Virus genome (UHGV): UHGV-0177896
Direction: 5' to 3' (one strand)
From: a virus
DNA length: 41,409 nt
Part shown: piece after piece, positions 28,801 through 36,687 of the stretch
Layout of the letters: each line of letters opens with the position of its first letter
Numbering within the stretch: the first letter of the stretch is position 1
Notes under the pieces: model-generated
Told to the model about the DNA's origin: nothing
What the model saw: only the letters and a program-made list of their open reading frames with translations
Databases searched by the model: none
Made by a program: the position numbers and the translations under genes

Positions 28801-28956
28801 TTACTCCTCAGGTTCGTAAGCTGTGAAGACAGCGACCTCCGTCTGGCCGGTTCGGATTCGTACCTCGCAGAGGTCCTTCCTCGTTACCAGTGCCGTCACT
28901 ATGACGGTTAAACAGATGACAATCAGGGCGACTAACATCGCCTTTTGCTGCTTCAT
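28801..28956 (-). CDS. hok: Hok/Gef-family type I toxin (51 aa)
   Basis: MKQQKAMLVALIVICLTVIVTALVTRKDLCEVRIRTGQTEVAVFTAYEPEE: a single TM helix plus the conserved RKDLCEV...IRTGQTEVAVF core. AAGGAGAAG SD; an in-frame upstream ATG at 29013 may correspond to mok. Confidence 0.85.
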   Translation of the reverse strand: MKQQKAMLVALIVICLTVIVTALVTRKDLCEVRIRTGQTEVAVFTAYEPEE

Positions 28957-29294
28957 AGCCTGCTTCTCCTTGCCTTTCGGCACGTAAGAGGCTAACCTAC
29001 ATTTGTGAGACATAGATTGGGCCTCAGATTAATGTTAAGCGTCTTGCAGGACGCGTAATGTTAACTGGGGCTTTTCTCTGTCTGCCTTACAGTGGCATGC
29101 CCGAGGCAGACAGCCTCAAGCACCCGCAGCAATCTTACCGACACCGATAAGAAAACGCTATTTTTTATTGCCAGCACCTTCTATCCAGGCTAATTTATCT
29201 GCGTCAGAACGGCGCAATGCGCTCGCCTGAGATACGTTTACTTGCCATGGTAACAACAGGTAACGGCAATTGTTGTTTCTGTTTTGTTTCCTTC

Positions 29295-29327
29295 AAAAAC
29301 CCCGGACCATCAATCCGGGGTTTTTGT
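29295..29327. terminator. Bidirectional rho-independent terminator
   Basis: Hairpin AACCCCGGA/TCCGGGGTT flanked by an A-tract on one side and a T-tract on the other. It separates the nin-like operon from the hok locus. Confidence 0.6.
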
Positions 29328-29330
29328 TTG

Positions 29331-29414
29331 TTAACCCCAACGGCAAATCGAATACACCACCAGCGCCACCGCCATCACCATTCCTACCGTTGCGAATGCT
29401 TCAGGCCAGGTCAT
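29331..29414 (-). CDS. 27-aa hydrophobic peptide, translationally coupled
   Basis: MTWPEAFATVGMVMAVALVVYSICRWG; ATG overlaps the stop of the upstream 274-aa gene as ATGA, with GGAGGA 9 nt upstream. Followed directly by the terminator. Below ORF-track cutoff. Confidence 0.35.
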   Translation of the reverse strand: MTWPEAFATVGMVMAVALVVYSICRWG

Positions 29415-30235
29415 CGTAAAATATCCTCCACACCTACCAACCCGTTCTGCTTCAGATATTCCATCGCCTTATCAGGCAAGCTGCTTAAACTATTGGCGTA
29501 CTTTAAGGAGTGAGCCAGACGCTTAACCCACATTGTTAATTCGCTAACCTGGTTACCTGGCACTGGCGACGCTACTGTCTGTTCCAGAACGTCATCAGGT
29601 ACTACCGGCTCTACTGCCAACTGACTGGCATATTTGTTAATGGTAACGATAAGCTCTTGCTCGGCCTCATCCAGACAATCACCAACACCTCGCCTGTCAC
29701 CGTCAAAATCATCGAAATCGGCACGAATCCTGGCAACCTCCCGGATTGCGGACAACACTTCACCAGGAATTAGCGGAGAGTTGGTTGACGTTTCCGAAAT
29801 TTCCCGAAAATTATTGGTTGACGAATCCTTGTTTTCCCGAAAGTTTCCTGACTGAAGCATGGCTTCGCGGCAATCGTTCCATCCTTCAGCATAATCACTA
29901 TACGCAAGAGGCCAACCTCTTATGTATTCACGCGGCAACTTATCAGGCACTACCAGCGCTGGCGATGATGCATAAAGTGGTGTTATTTTTGCCCGAAAAT
30001 CACCTACTTTATGCAGTCGCACCCACCGTTCGACTTCTGCTTTGTCAGAATACATAGCGGTGAACGTATTATATTCATGGTCAATTTGCGTGAAGGTTGC
30101 CTTCCACGCCACCGGCTCTGCTTCCAGCGATGCCAGCGCAATCCGTGCCAGTTCCATTTGTTCACCACGGGTAAGCCCGTTTTCAAGCGGGTTTTTAATG
30201 AACAATTCAATACGTTCTTTGGTAATAGTGGTCAT
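29411..30235 (-). CDS. Hypothetical acidic protein (274 aa), nin-like region
   Basis: ATG at 30235 with an AAGGAG SD 6 nt upstream. No recognisable domain. Confidence 0.55.
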   Translation of the reverse strand: MTTITKERIELFIKNPLENGLTRGEQMELARIALASLEAEPVAWKATFTQIDHEYNTFTAMYSDKAEVERWVRLHKVGDFRAKITPLYASSPALVVPDKLPREYIRGWPLAYSDYAEGWNDCREAMLQSGNFRENKDSSTNNFREISETSTNSPLIPGEVLSAIREVARIRADFDDFDGDRRGVGDCLDEAEQELIVTINKYASQLAVEPVVPDDVLEQTVASPVPGNQVSELTMWVKRLAHSLKYANSLSSLPDKAMEYLKQNGLVGVEDILR

Positions 30236-30245
30236 GTGTTACTCC

Positions 30246-30509
30246 TTAACCCGCAGTGCTTTCAACTGATGAGGGGAACAAAATCTTTTCATCAAACCCT
30301 GCATTCATATCATGAACAGCAACACACCAATCCATCGACGAACGATTATCAAGAGCCTCCATGATTTCATCCATGCGGCGTAGGTCATACAGGTAAATGC
30401 TTTTATCGCCAATGGTGTAAAAACCAATTTTTTTCGGTGATGGGCAGCGATCAAGAACGTTCTGTAATTCGCTCAACCATGCCTGTTCCTTTTTTGTCAA
30501 AGTTGCCAT
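30246..30509 (-). CDS. Hypothetical protein (87 aa)
   Basis: ATG at 30509, immediately downstream of junction-repeat copy 1, which supplies its AAGGAGAG SD. Confidence 0.5.
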   Translation of the reverse strand: MATLTKKEQAWLSELQNVLDRCPSPKKIGFYTIGDKSIYLYDLRRMDEIMEALDNRSSMDWCVAVHDMNAGFDEKILFPSSVESTAG

Positions 30510-30510
30510 A

Positions 30511-31002
30511 TCACTCTCCTTTGATGCGAATGCCAGTGGTACTCATTCTCCTGATTTCCCAGAGCACACGAGGAATACCACCGTTTCCGACCGGATCGCG
30601 TTTACTCCGCAGGGCGACGCTTGATTCCGCCCAGCTTTTTCTTGGAGGAAGCTCTTTCACACGAACAAAACCAGCTGCGCGAAGAGATGCTCCTGATTCA
30701 TCTGCCCGGGTGTACGTAATACAACGTTGATAACCCATAGCTTTTGCTGCCCGCCAGACAGCACCATAAAGCGCGCTGTTAGCGTTGCGTTCTCCTGTGG
30801 TACATGTGCGATTTACTTCAAGCGTTAATCCATCGTCCAAATGTCGTGCAACAGGTCGACCAGCTGTCGCCACACCTATCAATTCTCCGGCATCATTTAT
30901 CAGACCAATGCTGAATTTATGCCCAACAGGTGGTTTATTGTGTCGGTGATGTCTGGATATAAACGCCTTCGCAACACGAAGAGTAACCGGTGAAATTTGC
31001 AT
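30511..31002 (-). CDS. Hypothetical protein (163 aa)
   Basis: ATG at 31002 (MQISPVTL...), downstream of junction-repeat copy 2. Its C-terminus GIRIKGE is encoded by repeat copy 1. Confidence 0.5.
   Translation of the reverse strand: MQISPVTLRVAKAFISRHHRHNKPPVGHKFSIGLINDAGELIGVATAGRPVARHLDDGLTLEVNRTCTTGERNANSALYGAVWRAAKAMGYQRCITYTRADESGASLRAAGFVRVKELPPRKSWAESSVALRSKRDPVGNGGIPRVLWEIRRMSTTGIRIKGE
30512..30536. repeat. Gene-junction repeat, copy 1 (CTCTCCTTTGATGCGAATGCCAG)
   Basis: On the minus strand it reads CTGGCATTCGCATCAAAGGAGAG-TGA-tATG: the last codons and stop of one gene plus the SD of the next. Confidence 0.75.
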
Positions 31003-31004
31003 TC

Positions 31005-31026
31005 TCACTCTCCTTTGATGCGAATG
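31005..31026. repeat. Gene-junction repeat, copy 2 (shorter match)
   Basis: TCACTCTCCTTTGATGCGAATG, in the same stop/SD/start arrangement between consecutive genes. Confidence 0.7.
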
Positions 31027-31481
31027 TTTACAGCCTGACAAGCCTCTTCGAGAACCCAGTCAACAGCGTCTTTCCATGCTCCGGTTTCGACTGGCGGATT
31101 TTCACGCTTAACCTGTTCATAGAAGCGCACCGCTTTAACCAGTCCTTCCGGCGCTGGGTGCCCTGTCTGCGCCCTGACCCACGCCACTCGTGCCGGATTC
31201 ATATGGCACATGTTGTGCCCTCTTTCTTCATGGTAATGCTCTTTACCCTCGTTAAACGGCAACGCCTCATTCAGCCCGGCACTTCTGAAATCAGCGTGTA
31301 ATTGCTCCAGCGCTGCCTCACAGGGGGTACCAATTAATGTGAGATAATCGAAAAGATTGGCGCATAAACCATAATTTTGAGAAAACACTCCGCCGGGTTT
31401 TGCCCCGTTCTTCAGCCACAAATCATAAGCAATATAAAACCCGTAAAGCTGTTGCCTGATATTTTCTTTGATTTCTTGCAT
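31005..31481 (-). CDS. Hypothetical protein (158 aa)
   Basis: ORF ending in NIRIKGE, which is encoded by junction-repeat copy 2. Confidence 0.5.
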   Translation of the reverse strand: MQEIKENIRQQLYGFYIAYDLWLKNGAKPGGVFSQNYGLCANLFDYLTLIGTPCEAALEQLHADFRSAGLNEALPFNEGKEHYHEERGHNMCHMNPARVAWVRAQTGHPAPEGLVKAVRFYEQVKRENPPVETGAWKDAVDWVLEEACQAVNIRIKGE

Positions 31482-31576
31482 TATTTGTTACCGCCCTTTC
31501 GGGCGGCCTCCTGATGTTCTGAGGGTGCAGAAATCCCTCCGGTTAAGGATCGAATTTTTAACAGTGCTAAATTTAA

Positions 31577-31933
31577 TTATTCAGTTCTGGATTTTGTCAC
31601 CCTGCGTATCCGCGCTTTCGCGTTACGCTCAATCTGAATTAACTTTTCTATATTTTTCCGTCTTTCCTGTTCCTCCTGGCGCAATAGCCTTACATCATCT
31701 GCCAGTCTGGTTTCTCTTTTCGCCACAGAGAGCATCCAGTCAAATGGCTCCACAACTGCACCGCAGATTTTACAGCGGACCTGACGCTCTTTTTCGTCAA
31801 CCCGGACAGAAGCGTGATGGCAATATGGTCTTTCCGATGGCTCATAAAGAAAATTAACCTGATTACGAGGGTCATCCTCTTTTACCGGAAATAAAACGAT
31901 ATTGCTTAACTCATCTTCTGGTTTTATTTCCAT
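31577..31933 (-). CDS. Hypothetical protein with Cys/His cluster (118 aa)
   Basis: ATG at 31933 after junction-repeat copy 3 (AAGGAGAG SD). Contains CHH...CKIC, possibly a zinc ribbon. Confidence 0.45.
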   Translation of the reverse strand: MEIKPEDELSNIVLFPVKEDDPRNQVNFLYEPSERPYCHHASVRVDEKERQVRCKICGAVVEPFDWMLSVAKRETRLADDVRLLRQEEQERRKNIEKLIQIERNAKARIRRVTKSRTE

Positions 31934-31935
31934 GC

Positions 31936-31961
31936 TCCTCTCCTTTGATGCGAATGCCAGC
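31936..31961. repeat. Gene-junction repeat, copy 3 (CTCTCCTTTGATGCGAATGCCAG)
   Basis: Same 23-bp core plus flanking GGTA. Here it is intergenic and supplies the AAGGAGAG SD for the ATG at 31933. Confidence 0.75.
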
Positions 31962-31990
31962 GGTAATTGAAGCCTGATAGCTAATTTCAC

Positions 31991-32413
31991 TCACAGTACC
32001 GCCTCCTGAAAATTACCCTGATAGAAAGCCAGTACACGCTGCATAACTTCGCTCTTCCGGCACTCGCGACAGATTATGTTTAGGCGACTGTCGTAGCGAC
32101 GTATTTCTCCGTCTGGTAATGACCAGATAAGGTCCGGATCAACCGCAGATGGTTTCTTCAGCTTTGCCCTTGAGAGCTTTTTACGGGCATTTTGCCAGTC
32201 CTTACGCGCCTGTTCAGACGGGAATAACCCGTAACCAGAGTTGTATACATCGCCACTGGCAACCAGCTCTCTGGCGAGAACGCTCATCAGATATCTTGTC
32301 GCACCTGTCTTGGCTTCCAGTTGCCGTAACGTCTCGCGTCCACTCTGGCGTACAAGTTCCACAATGCGCGCTTTCACTTCTTCCCGTTCTTCCTGTGTAA
32401 ATACTCTTGCCAT
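31991..32413 (-). CDS. Hypothetical protein (140 aa)
   Basis: ATG at 32413 (MARVFTQEEREE...) with GGAGG 5 nt upstream. Confidence 0.45.
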   Translation of the reverse strand: MARVFTQEEREEVKARIVELVRQSGRETLRQLEAKTGATRYLMSVLARELVASGDVYNSGYGLFPSEQARKDWQNARKKLSRAKLKKPSAVDPDLIWSLPDGEIRRYDSRLNIICRECRKSEVMQRVLAFYQGNFQEAVL

Positions 32414-32428
32414 AAGCGCCTCCGGCAA

Positions 32429-33190
32429 TCACTTTTCCGACACAATAAGACTGGAGGAATCTACAATCTGTCGGACAATATCCCGGTACTTGTTCAGCTC
32501 CCGCAGCGCGGCGCAGACTCGCTCCCACTTCTGGACATGACTTTTCGCCCGACGCAGTTCGCGGTTTGCCATATGCAGCGATGGTAAAATCAGGTCATCC
32601 GATCGCGTTTCGGTGAACGATGGCAGCGACTGCACAATGTCCGCCACAGTTTCTGTTTTAATATCTTCCTGTGTTGCAGCTTCCTGTACTGGTAACGCAA
32701 CACATGCAGGCTGAGGAAAGGCTTTACCATCAGTTTCCGCTACCGATGCCGCTTTCGGCTCTGCTGGTAAATTATCGCCCGGTATGCAGTAACGAAATTT
32801 ACCGCCCTGATTTACGCGAATCAGACGACCTTTGCTGATTGCCATTGCCAGCGTTGAAGCCACTTTGCGTGATGTGGTACCAAACAATGTAGCCAGCTCA
32901 TCAGCCGTTTGTGGTCCGCGTTGTTCAATCGTCGCGGTTAAATCGCACTCTGAGATTTTCGCTACTGTTGCTGTGGTGGTTTCTTCCGGCAGTTCTGCCT
33001 GCGCTGGCTGTTCCTGCTGAACGTTGTTATCAGCCACACGCCAGGTGTACGCGCTTTTATCAACAAAACCAGCCTTTTTCAGTTCCCATAGTTCGTTCAG
33101 CACTTCTTCACGACTGATATCAAGTCGCGCAGCAAGTTCTATGGATGTGGCTTTTCCCATTGCTTTCAGTGCGTCAAAAACAGTCTCCAT
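32429..33190 (-). CDS. Hypothetical protein with N-terminal winged-helix-like region (253 aa)
   Basis: ATG at 33190 ([43 protein letters not shown]), with a second HTH-like stretch mid-protein. Downstream of the DnaC-like gene. Confidence 0.45.
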   Translation of the reverse strand: METVFDALKAMGKATSIELAARLDISREEVLNELWELKKAGFVDKSAYTWRVADNNVQQEQPAQAELPEETTTATVAKISECDLTATIEQRGPQTADELATLFGTTSRKVASTLAMAISKGRLIRVNQGGKFRYCIPGDNLPAEPKAASVAETDGKAFPQPACVALPVQEAATQEDIKTETVADIVQSLPSFTETRSDDLILPSLHMANRELRRAKSHVQKWERVCAALRELNKYRDIVRQIVDSSSLIVSEK

Positions 33191-33212
33191 TAAATTTTTC
33201 TCCCGGTAAAAA

Positions 33213-33959
33213 TTACTTCGCAATTCCTGGCTGGACGACATTCGGACGCCAGCTCTCCCAGTTAAAATTCACCCAACACCCGCCGTTCATGGTCATGCGA
33301 TCCATAATCCTCTCGCCGAGCAATGTTTTCATGGCCTCATAGTTCAGGTTTGTCAGCATTCCCACGCTACGCATCGACGCTGTCCGTCGATCAATAATCT
33401 GGTGCAGTACCACCTGCTCGTTTTTCGTCTCGCGCTGAATGCCAATTTCATCAAGAACCAGCAGATCCACTTCGCACAGCTCCCGCAAAAATTTTTCGCC
33501 TGACTGCCCGTCGTCATAGCTGGCGTGCAGGGCGCTCATAACATCAGCCACGGTAACCACAATCACTGTCTGACCGTCTTTCAGCAGGCGATTCCCGATA
33601 GCTGCCGCTAAGTGATTTTTCCCGGTACCAGGTTTTCCGCTGAACGCAAAATTTGTACACCCGGTCATCAGTTCATCGGCGATGGATTTCGCCTGGCTTA
33701 ACGCGTATCGCTGCCCTTCGTTCTGCACCTGGTAATTCGCAAACGAGCATTTGCGGTGCAACGGCTGGATGCCAGAGCGATTCAGGATTTTTTCCACCCG
33801 CAACTGACGATTCAGGCGGTTGATCTCCTCGCAACGTTTCTGGCCTTCAGCAAGTTGCCACTCGCGCCACTCCGCAACCGTTCTGAATGGGGCGGTTACA
33901 TGTGGTGGGGTCAGTCTGCGGATACGCTCCAGAACGCCTCCTGTCGCAATATTTTTCAT
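33213..33959 (-). CDS. DnaC/IstB-like replication helicase loader (AAA+ ATPase)
   Basis: Walker [16 protein letters not shown] and Walker [10 protein letters not shown] are present. 248 aa, downstream of the DnaT-like initiator gene. Same position as YdaV in Rac. Confidence 0.85.
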   Translation of the reverse strand: MKNIATGGVLERIRRLTPPHVTAPFRTVAEWREWQLAEGQKRCEEINRLNRQLRVEKILNRSGIQPLHRKCSFANYQVQNEGQRYALSQAKSIADELMTGCTNFAFSGKPGTGKNHLAAAIGNRLLKDGQTVIVVTVADVMSALHASYDDGQSGEKFLRELCEVDLLVLDEIGIQRETKNEQVVLHQIIDRRTASMRSVGMLTNLNYEAMKTLLGERIMDRMTMNGGCWVNFNWESWRPNVVQPGIAK

Positions 33960-33965
33960 GGTCCG

Positions 33966-34754
33966 TTACCCCCTGAAGCCTGGCGGGATCGCACTGTCCG
34001 GCAACGAGACGGTGTTAACCTGTCGGAGCAACGTCTCAGGCCGAACACCTTTCGGCGCGAACAGGCCCTGGTATTCATTGGCGATGCTGTGTCGAATCAC
34101 CTGCTCAGGTGTAAAACCCTGCTGACGGAATTTTTCCAGCTCCCGTATCGCCCCGTTAGCGCCCTGCTCCGTTCGAATCGGTTTTCGCAATGCCTGCCTG
34201 AACTGAACCCACTCATGCCAGAGTGTTTCCGGCAACCAGTCAGGCAGCTCGATAGCCTCCGGCTCGAATTTTTTAGACGCTCGTTTTTGGCGAGGGGGAT
34301 TTAGGGGGAGATCAGTATTTATATCTTCCTCTTCCTCTTCCTCTGGTAACGCTTTTTGATCCGTTTGTGTAACGCTGGCAGCGTTACCTTTTCGTTTCAG
34401 TTCGCGTATTTTTGTAACTCGCTCGTTTGTAACCGCCCGTTTTTTAGAGCTTTTTCCGTTATGACGTTCAAAGTTAGGTAGAGAAAGCCCAACGTCATTT
34501 TCGACCAGCCATCCAACCTGAATTAACGCATCAGCAAAACCAGCCATAAAAGTGATGCGATCTATTGCACTTTTTGTAACGCCGCGAGCGTTACAATCTG
34601 CATTACCGTCTATCATTTGTTGATCCGCCCATGCCCAGAAGCGAATAACCTTCCCTAATGCGGCATCTGGATCAATATTCAGAATCTCAGCAAGCCTGAA
34701 TATTTCCGGCTTATCCGGCGTAATAACCTCGAGCTTTATCCAGTTTGAAGCCAT
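33966..34754 (-). CDS. Replication initiation / primosomal protein (YdaU-like)
   Basis: 262-aa ORF preceding the DnaC-like gene, with a central acidic linker (EEEEEEDINTD). Contains two 19-bp palindromes in its coding sequence. Confidence 0.55.
   Translation of the reverse strand: MASNWIKLEVITPDKPEIFRLAEILNIDPDAALGKVIRFWAWADQQMIDGNADCNARGVTKSAIDRITFMAGFADALIQVGWLVENDVGLSLPNFERHNGKSSKKRAVTNERVTKIRELKRKGNAASVTQTDQKALPEEEEEEDINTDLPLNPPRQKRASKKFEPEAIELPDWLPETLWHEWVQFRQALRKPIRTEQGANGAIRELEKFRQQGFTPEQVIRHSIANEYQGLFAPKGVRPETLLRQVNTVSLPDSAIPPGFRG
34369..34387. repeat. 19-bp palindrome GTAACGCTGGCAGCGTTAC (copy 1 of 3)
   Basis: Perfect GTAACGC-N5-GCGTTAC dyad inside the replication gene; an extra GTAACGC half-site lies at 34346..34352. 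Confidence 0.7.
34576..34594. repeat. 19-bp palindrome GTAACGCCGCGAGCGTTAC (copy 2 of 3)
   Basis: Same GTAACGC-N5-GCGTTAC dyad, 207 bp from copy 1, inside the replication gene. Confidence 0.7.
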
Positions 34755-34767
34755 TTGTTTTCACCTT

Positions 34768-34786
34768 GTAACGCTCGCAGCGTTAC
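34768..34786. repeat. 19-bp palindrome GTAACGCTCGCAGCGTTAC (copy 3 of 3)
   Basis: Same dyad, immediately upstream of the replication gene's RBS and ATG (34754). Confidence 0.7.
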
Positions 34787-34831
34787 ATTTAACTGATACC
34801 GAACAAAACAATCCGGCACGATTAATTTCAA

Positions 34832-35254
34832 TCAATGCACTACGACAGAATCGCCGGGCGACCCACCACCGCTGAAATGTGCTTTCCGGTAAACGGCCTG
34901 GACTGCATCATCATGCGCATCAATTGCCGTACTCAACGCTTCCTGCGCCGCCAGTAATGCACGGCGTTCCAGGGTATCGAAGATGCAGAGTCGGTGACGC
35001 AGCTCGCGCGGAAGAATTGCCAGAACCGCAGGGATCAGTTTCTGAATTTTTTCCCTTTGCGCTTTCGTTTCACCTTTCAACCAACGGTGATAGATATTCT
35101 GCTGATTGTTCCAGTCCTTGCCTGGTACAAGGGGCAATTCGCCGCCCCCCTGGCGCAGATATTCTTCAGTAATTGCGTTAGCGACCCACGCCTGCCCTTT
35201 TTCGGCTGCCAGGGCTAACAACACTGATTCGATGTGCTCATGCCTGATTTTCAT
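34832..35254 (-). CDS. ydaT: YdaT-like early protein (CII-like position, 140 aa)
   Basis: 140-aa ORF translationally coupled (ATGA) to the Cro-like gene. Matches my recollection of Rac YdaT in length and N-terminus (MKIxHEHIESVL). Confidence 0.5.
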   Translation of the reverse strand: MKIRHEHIESVLLALAAEKGQAWVANAITEEYLRQGGGELPLVPGKDWNNQQNIYHRWLKGETKAQREKIQKLIPAVLAILPRELRHRLCIFDTLERRALLAAQEALSTAIDAHDDAVQAVYRKAHFSGGGSPGDSVVVH

Positions 35255-35493
35255 GAATCAACCGCTCCTATGCTGTTTTCGCTATGCTTACCGTCTGGGG
35301 GGAATACATCGTCAAGTCCACAATGAGCGCCAAGCCGATTAAGGGTAGAAACAATTTTTCTGCACTCCTCTAGTCCAGGGGTACGAAAATTTGCTTCGTA
35401 ATTTGCCAGTCGGCTTTGTATCCACCCTAACTGAACAGCAAGTTGTCTTTGAGACAGCCCAAGCTGTTTTCGATATGTTGAAATTTTGTTCAT
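35251..35493 (-). CDS. ydaS: Cro-like HTH regulator (YdaS-like, XRE family)
   Basis: 80 aa with an HTH (LGLSQRQLAVQLGWIQSRLANYE). First gene of the early operon, divergent from the repressor gene, with a GGAGG SD. Confidence 0.6.
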   Translation of the reverse strand: MNKISTYRKQLGLSQRQLAVQLGWIQSRLANYEANFRTPGLEECRKIVSTLNRLGAHCGLDDVFPPDGKHSENSIGAVDS

Positions 35494-35589
35494 TGAAAAC
35501 CTCCGATGACAATTTTAAACACACCTTGTGTTATATGGTCAAGCTGTTTTGTGTTTTATGTAAATCACGATTCGTGATACAAGGATGCA
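35494..35589. promoter_or_regulatory. Divergent immunity control region with candidate operators
   Basis: 96-bp gap between divergent HTH genes. Holds the dyad AACACA-CCT-TGTGTT (35518..35532), a second TTGTGTT (35549..35555) and the perfect 15-bp palindrome ATCACGATTCGTGAT (35564..35578). Confidence 0.55.
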
Positions 35590-36009
35590 ATGGAAAAAGA
35601 AAACGAAAAAATTGCCGCTAGTAGGCTCAATGACAAAATTGCAATGCGTCTTAAAGAGCGCAGGCAGAAGCTTGGTTTATCTCAAGGAAAACTTGCTGAA
35701 ATCTGCGGATGGACGCAATCGCGTATAGGTAACTATGAGGCGGGCAGCAGAAATGTTGGAGTGCATGACGCTGTCGTATTGGGAAAGGCACTTGGCATAT
35801 CTCCTCCTGAGCTCCTATTTGGAGAACAGGAATCTTCTGAATTGTGGTTAAATGAATCCCAACGAAAACTTCTTGAGTTGTTTAACCAGCTACCGGGCTC
35901 AGAACAACAACGAATGATTGAGCTATTTGAAGTCCGGCTAAAAGAAATCGATGAGTATGTAGAAAAATATTTGAGAGGCAGGCTTAAAGATAATCCCCCA
36001 CCGGAGTAA
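35590..36009 (+). CDS. XRE-family HTH repressor (RacR/CI-like)
   Basis: 139 aa with HTH LGLSQGKLAEICGWTQSRIGNYEAG. Divergent from the Cro-like operon and followed by a strong terminator. Confidence 0.7.
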   Translation: MEKENEKIAASRLNDKIAMRLKERRQKLGLSQGKLAEICGWTQSRIGNYEAGSRNVGVHDAVVLGKALGISPPELLFGEQESSELWLNESQRKLLELFNQLPGSEQQRMIELFEVRLKEIDEYVEKYLRGRLKDNPPPE

Positions 36010-36039
36010 TGATCTTGCTATCACAGTAATATGCCAATC

Positions 36040-36063
36040 AGCCCGCTATCAGCGGGCTTTTTT
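36040..36063 (+). terminator. Rho-independent terminator downstream of the repressor gene
   Basis: Stem AGCCCGCT/AGCGGGCT with a 3-nt loop, followed by TTTTTT. Confidence 0.7.
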
Positions 36064-36105
36064 GTACCATCATCATATGACACTCACCACAAAACACATT
36101 TCGTG

Positions 36106-36134
36106 TTGACATAAGAAAACGCATTGTGTTTAAT
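36106..36134 (+). promoter_or_regulatory. Sigma70-like promoter (TTGACA-N17-TTTAAT) with operator-like dyad
   Basis: Consensus -35 TTGACA at 36106..36111 and -10 TTTAAT at 36129..36134. The dyad ACACATTTCGTGT overlaps the -35, and a TTGTGTT motif like those in the immunity region sits in the spacer. Confidence 0.5.
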
Positions 36135-36308
36135 AAGCATATCCAAACAACGCCCCACCAGAGAACGGCTGGACAATACCTCGAGTTATCCAGCCACTGA
36201 ACAGGGCTAAGTAGCCAGCCTGAGGCATACGAACATGACGGCAGTTGTTGATTGATACAAAGCGCAGTAGATAAAACGTTCCGCCACCCGGCGTTAAGGG
36301 GAAAAAAG

Positions 36309-36527
36309 ATGGTTGGTGAAGATCTGGTTGTTATTAACGGTCAATTGTGCAGCAAAGATGTGGCAGCCATGCTTATTAGCAAGGTTCTTCCAACTGTGCT
36401 GGAGGTCATTGCAGAAAAAGTAAAGGCTGGTCGTCCAGACAAGGAAGTTGAAGAGGCGGCAAAAACAGTTGTTCATGCCGCTACAGAAGCAATTATTTTG
36501 AAGAGCCTAGTTTCGCCCAAGCCTTAA
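36309..36527 (+). CDS. Hypothetical small protein (72 aa)
   Basis: ATG at 36309 with an AAGGGG SD 7 nt upstream. First ORF downstream of the promoter at 36106. Confidence 0.45.
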   Translation: MVGEDLVVINGQLCSKDVAAMLISKVLPTVLEVIAEKVKAGRPDKEVEEAAKTVVHAATEAIILKSLVSPKP

Positions 36528-36687
36528 GTGAATCGGCGCTTTTTTTAGCATCACGTTCATTGAGTAATGACAAAAACTCATTCTCAGCATTCTCGATTTC
36601 CGAGAAAAATTCTTGATGAGTTGTTTCTCGCTGCGATCTGATGCTGAAAGCTAAAGCAAGTAGCCAGGCTTTGTCTTTATTATCCAT
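36493..36687 (-). CDS. Hypothetical small protein (64 aa), opposite strand within the early-left region
   Basis: ATG at 36687 with a weak SD. Convergent with, and overlapping, the 3' end of the 36309..36527 ORF. Uncertain. Confidence 0.3.
   Translation of the reverse strand: MDNKDKAWLLALAFSIRSQRETTHQEFFSEIENAENEFLSLLNERDAKKSADSLKAWAKLGSSK

Noticed and set aside
29217-29513. 98-aa plus-strand ORF spanning the bidirectional terminator
   Set aside because: It crosses a strong terminator hairpin, overlaps the minus-strand peptide and 274-aa genes, has a His/Cys/Arg-rich translation and no RBS.
29781-29840. Short direct repeats of TTCCCGAAA / GTTTCC within the 274-aa gene
   Set aside because: They coincide with a repeated peptide motif in the protein (NFRENKDSSTNNFREISETSTN), so they are most simply coding repeats rather than binding sites.
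30511-31481. Shared C-terminal IRIKGE on two proteins, and ORF-track N-terminal extensions (MSGCKHSHQRRVR..., MKLAIRLQ...) suggesting related or longer proteins
   Set aside because: The shared tail is encoded by the junction repeat, not by homology of the proteins. The N-terminal extensions are read-through of the repeat in frame; real starts are the ATGs just after each repeat.
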